From Lingula anatina (Eukaryota > Animalia > Brachiopoda), in assembly GCA_051362555.1 (NCBI GenBank), contig CM120640.1, forward strand, positions 46,044,788 through 46,108,787: DNA of 64,000 nt, read 5' to 3'. This document shows positions 60,901-64,000 of this stretch, piece by piece. The number at the start of each line of letters is the position of its first letter. Position 1 is the first letter of the stretch. The position numbers were made by a program, and so were the translations under genes. Below the pieces are notes generated by a model, which was not told the DNA's origin, ran no database searches, and saw only the letters and a list, made by a program, of their open reading frames with translations.

Positions 60901-63111
60901 GTCACAATGATGATTTTGACCGGTACATATATTTGTCATTGTATGTCTCATGAATGATATGACACAAAGATGATTTCATACATGATGTGTGACCTCACGG
61001 TGACTTCGCGAATAGTGCGACTAATGAACAACTCGACAATAAATATCTTTGTTCTCGTTACAGTATGCAATACTGTGTCCAGCTAAGTGCATTGTTTGCC
61101 TTTAAAATGAAAGTTTTGGGCAGTGCTTGGTACGACTATAAACGCTGATGGGATACTAGTAATTTAGGATCTTATGAGTTCTTACAGGCAGTCTAGCATT
61201 TTGAAAAACCCAGATGGTAGAGATAACGCTGTTGGCTTATCTATTTTAGGCGTGTCAGGCATTATTAGAACAGATTTGACCCAAGAAGTTATCTTTATAA
61301 CTTCTTGTTTGACCAAAGCCCGCTGTGTGTGTCTGTGTGTGTGAGTCCGCTCGTGTGTGAGAGATAGGGTGTTCATTGAAAAAATCTGCTTTGCTTTTAA
61401 ACCGAACCTAATGTATCAATTTTGCTAATCAAAGCAACCAAAGATTTTAACTTGTTTGATTTAAAAAAATAAGTAGGAAATAAGAATTCAGAATATATGC
61501 AATTATATATATATACATATATACTTATATACTTTTACGTGCAATCCAAAGGAAGGGGTATATTGAGTCAATTTGATAGAAAACCAATCGCATGGTACTG
61601 CAATTTCATGCTATGATATTATTTAAATGTAATTTAAATGGGATGTGCCTAAAATGTGTCTGGTCCTGCTGATCGACTAGTGACGATGGAGGTTGTGTAT
61701 TGATGTGTACACATTGAGTGATCAACGTTTAAGAAATCAACAAATTGTCCAATCTTTTTTGTAAGTTGTCAAAAAATTATCTTTGTCACAATCTCTTCAT
61801 ATTCATTTTACAATTCAACGACGATTTGCGTTTTTTTTTTTTTTTTTTTTTATTAAAAAAGGGCGCGGTATACATCGACAGCTCTGAGTTTTGGCCGTGC
61901 GATGGAGAGTGAACACGCGAGTTATGGATATCTGGCCTGAGAACTTTTCACTCAAAGGCAATGACTGGCCGAATGATTTTATACTATCATGCCCAATCCG
62001 CAACTCTCAAGTGAATACATTAGGCTAGTCACGACAGAAATGGCATGCTGGTGTGAAGTAAACGGATATGAGCATAGCAGTCGAAGAATTGAGTTAGTGA
62101 AAATACTTCGGTCTCTGTTTATGTCCAAATAAAAGCACATGCATGGGTGAATGTAGGCCCTACATGTACTAGTAAGACGATCTATTCAGCCATGATTTAC
62201 CAAAAATTATTCGACAAAATCACAGCGTATATACATAAGTGCAGTAAATTATTCCTTTTTGTCGAACCAGCATAGACCTGATGCCATGTCGAATGCTATA
62301 TTTACTTGTTTAACTTCCAAAATGAAGTGCGGGGTGCACCATTACATTGGTGATGGAATTTACGGTTCGCGCTGGTGGTACCTTCAATAATTCAAAGTGT
62401 TTAAGGGGCTACGAGGGTCAGACTGAACGACGTCCATTTTTACATTATCCGATACAAGATATAGCGATAATATAAAATAGGTGTTTTATGGCTGTCACCT
62501 CTTTTTACCACGCGCATGATACAAAGAGAGGGAGAGTCGTGAACTCATTTTCGTGTAACCACCAAATACGTTTGTCAGAATAACCTAATGAACTACTATT
62601 GAATATCTGTCTTGCATGTTTTATGGCGCTTACTGGTAGAATCGCTACCCCCTAACAATCTAGCATGATTTCACTGCCATAAGGGCTATTTGAATTGCAT
62701 GTTACTATATCTTTTCAATTAAATATAGAGTTACGCGTATATGTATGCGATCTCACATTTTTGATAGCTTTATGTTCTTGGTTAACTTTCGTCATGAATA
62801 AATACCAGATTTTAAAATCGACAATGGCCACTGGCACGTGATAAACGACTACAAAAACACCCAAACCACTGAACATTATAGACTAATACAGGTATTCGAC
62901 TTAACTGTAATGTTAACGAGATATACATGTAGGAACCCATCCCCAATCATCAAACAGCACACTTGATTAAGGCCTATTGTCGTTACACGACGGGAATCCG
63001 TTCGACTACTGGTCAAACCCAAGGCCAAACTGCCAGACATGGCGAACATGTACTTACAAGAGTGTTGGCATTCATTCCAAAATTTCAACCTTTTCGTTTT
63101 AATCATTACAG

Positions 63112-64000
63112 GTTTGAGACAGCCATGCAACGGCATGAGCCTGGAGTGACTTTGCCATATTGGGACCCGACCATGGATGACGGTATGCCCCGCCCACAGG
63201 ACACCATTATGTGGACTCCTGAATATATGGGAAATGGTTTCGGTTACGTCACGAGCGGGCCTGCCGCCAACTGGAATACACCATTCCCCGTCGCCAACCG
63301 TACTCGCCTGTATCGCAACCTAACTGCTGGGGTATTGGAGGGGCGTGTGCCTCTTCTTCCCAACGATCTAGAAATGGGTTTCCTCTACGCCGGTGGTAGG
63401 GGTCTAAGGGATCTTTCGTTTTACGTCGACCCTTCTCTAGAGTTTGTCCACGGTCGTGTCCATGACTGGATCGGTGGCCACATGGGAGATTTAGAAAACG
63501 CACCAGCTGACCCTGTTTTCTACATGTACCATGCTTACCTTGACTGCTGGTGGGATGACTACAGGCAAAAGCAAAGAAGTCTGGGGATCAATCCCGAAAC
63601 TGATTACCCCGAAGACGCTGAAGCCCAAGGTGTTGGCGGCACAACCCCTCTCCCTGAGTGGCCCATTCCTACCCGCGTTGAAGACTCTGTTCATCTGCCG
63701 AACAAGATGATGCGACCTTTCAGAATTCGTAATATCGATGGATTGTCGGACGACTACACCAGGCTATATTACTCCTGTTCCCCACGCCCTGTCTGTCCAA
63801 GCTGCAACAACTCGCCCATTCTTTTCTGTGACAATGCCCAAAATATACCGAAGTGTCGCACTAAACTGCAATTGAACACCAACTGCACTGCTTACAAGGA
63901 CTTGAACCCTTGTCACCAGGGTGAATGTTGCGCCATTGGAGTCGGCGATCAGTACATGTGCCGTTCAAGCTGTTCTTCTTTCGGGCCAGTAAGGCCAATT
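63112..64000 (+). CDS. Tyrosinase-family protein B, exon 2 (runs off the window end; absent from the ORF track)
   Basis: ttacag|G then FETAMQRHEPGVTLPYWDPTMDD...GNGFGYVTSGPAANW...EFVHGRVHDWIGGHMGDLENAPADPVFYMYHAYLDC, then a Cys-rich domain. The frame is open to 64000. Confidence 0.93.

Noticed and set aside
1-64000. Functional copper/sterol gene cluster linking the Patched-like gene, His-rich Tctex1 and tyrosinases
   Set aside because: Adjacency alone is weak evidence in animal genomes. The genes lie in different CpG domains and have different candidate promoter motifs.

Overview
AT-rich animal genomic DNA with spliceosomal introns. The gene content and TE types suggest a lophotrochozoan, mollusc-like invertebrate (inference). 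There are no prokaryotic features, RNA genes or CRISPR arrays. Left to right: (1) two candidate coding exons of a minus-strand membrane-protein gene that probably continues off the left edge, with a probable 5'-UTR intron of about 27 kb up to a CpG-rich promoter near 30.5-30.8 kb. That intron holds at least nine non-autonomous DNA transposon insertions, including a 2.6-kb Helentron-type element with a 145/146-bp satellite array showing 583-bp higher-order structure. (2) A complete 19-exon Patched-domain/NPC1-like sterol-sensing RND gene, minus strand, 44198-32479, about 988 aa. (3) A Tctex1-domain dynein light chain with a His-rich repeat N-terminus. (4) Two head-to-head secreted tyrosinase-family genes sharing an intron position; the second is truncated by the window end. 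By eye, 1-43.6 kb is CpG-depleted and the rest is CpG-normal, consistent with mosaic gene-body methylation. I found no clear evidence of a wholly new biological system. The best leads are the DR1-bearing satellite in the Helentron, a MITE family whose core is flipped relative to its termini, the His-rich Tctex1 protein and the gene missed by the ORF track. All coordinates and translations were derived by hand.
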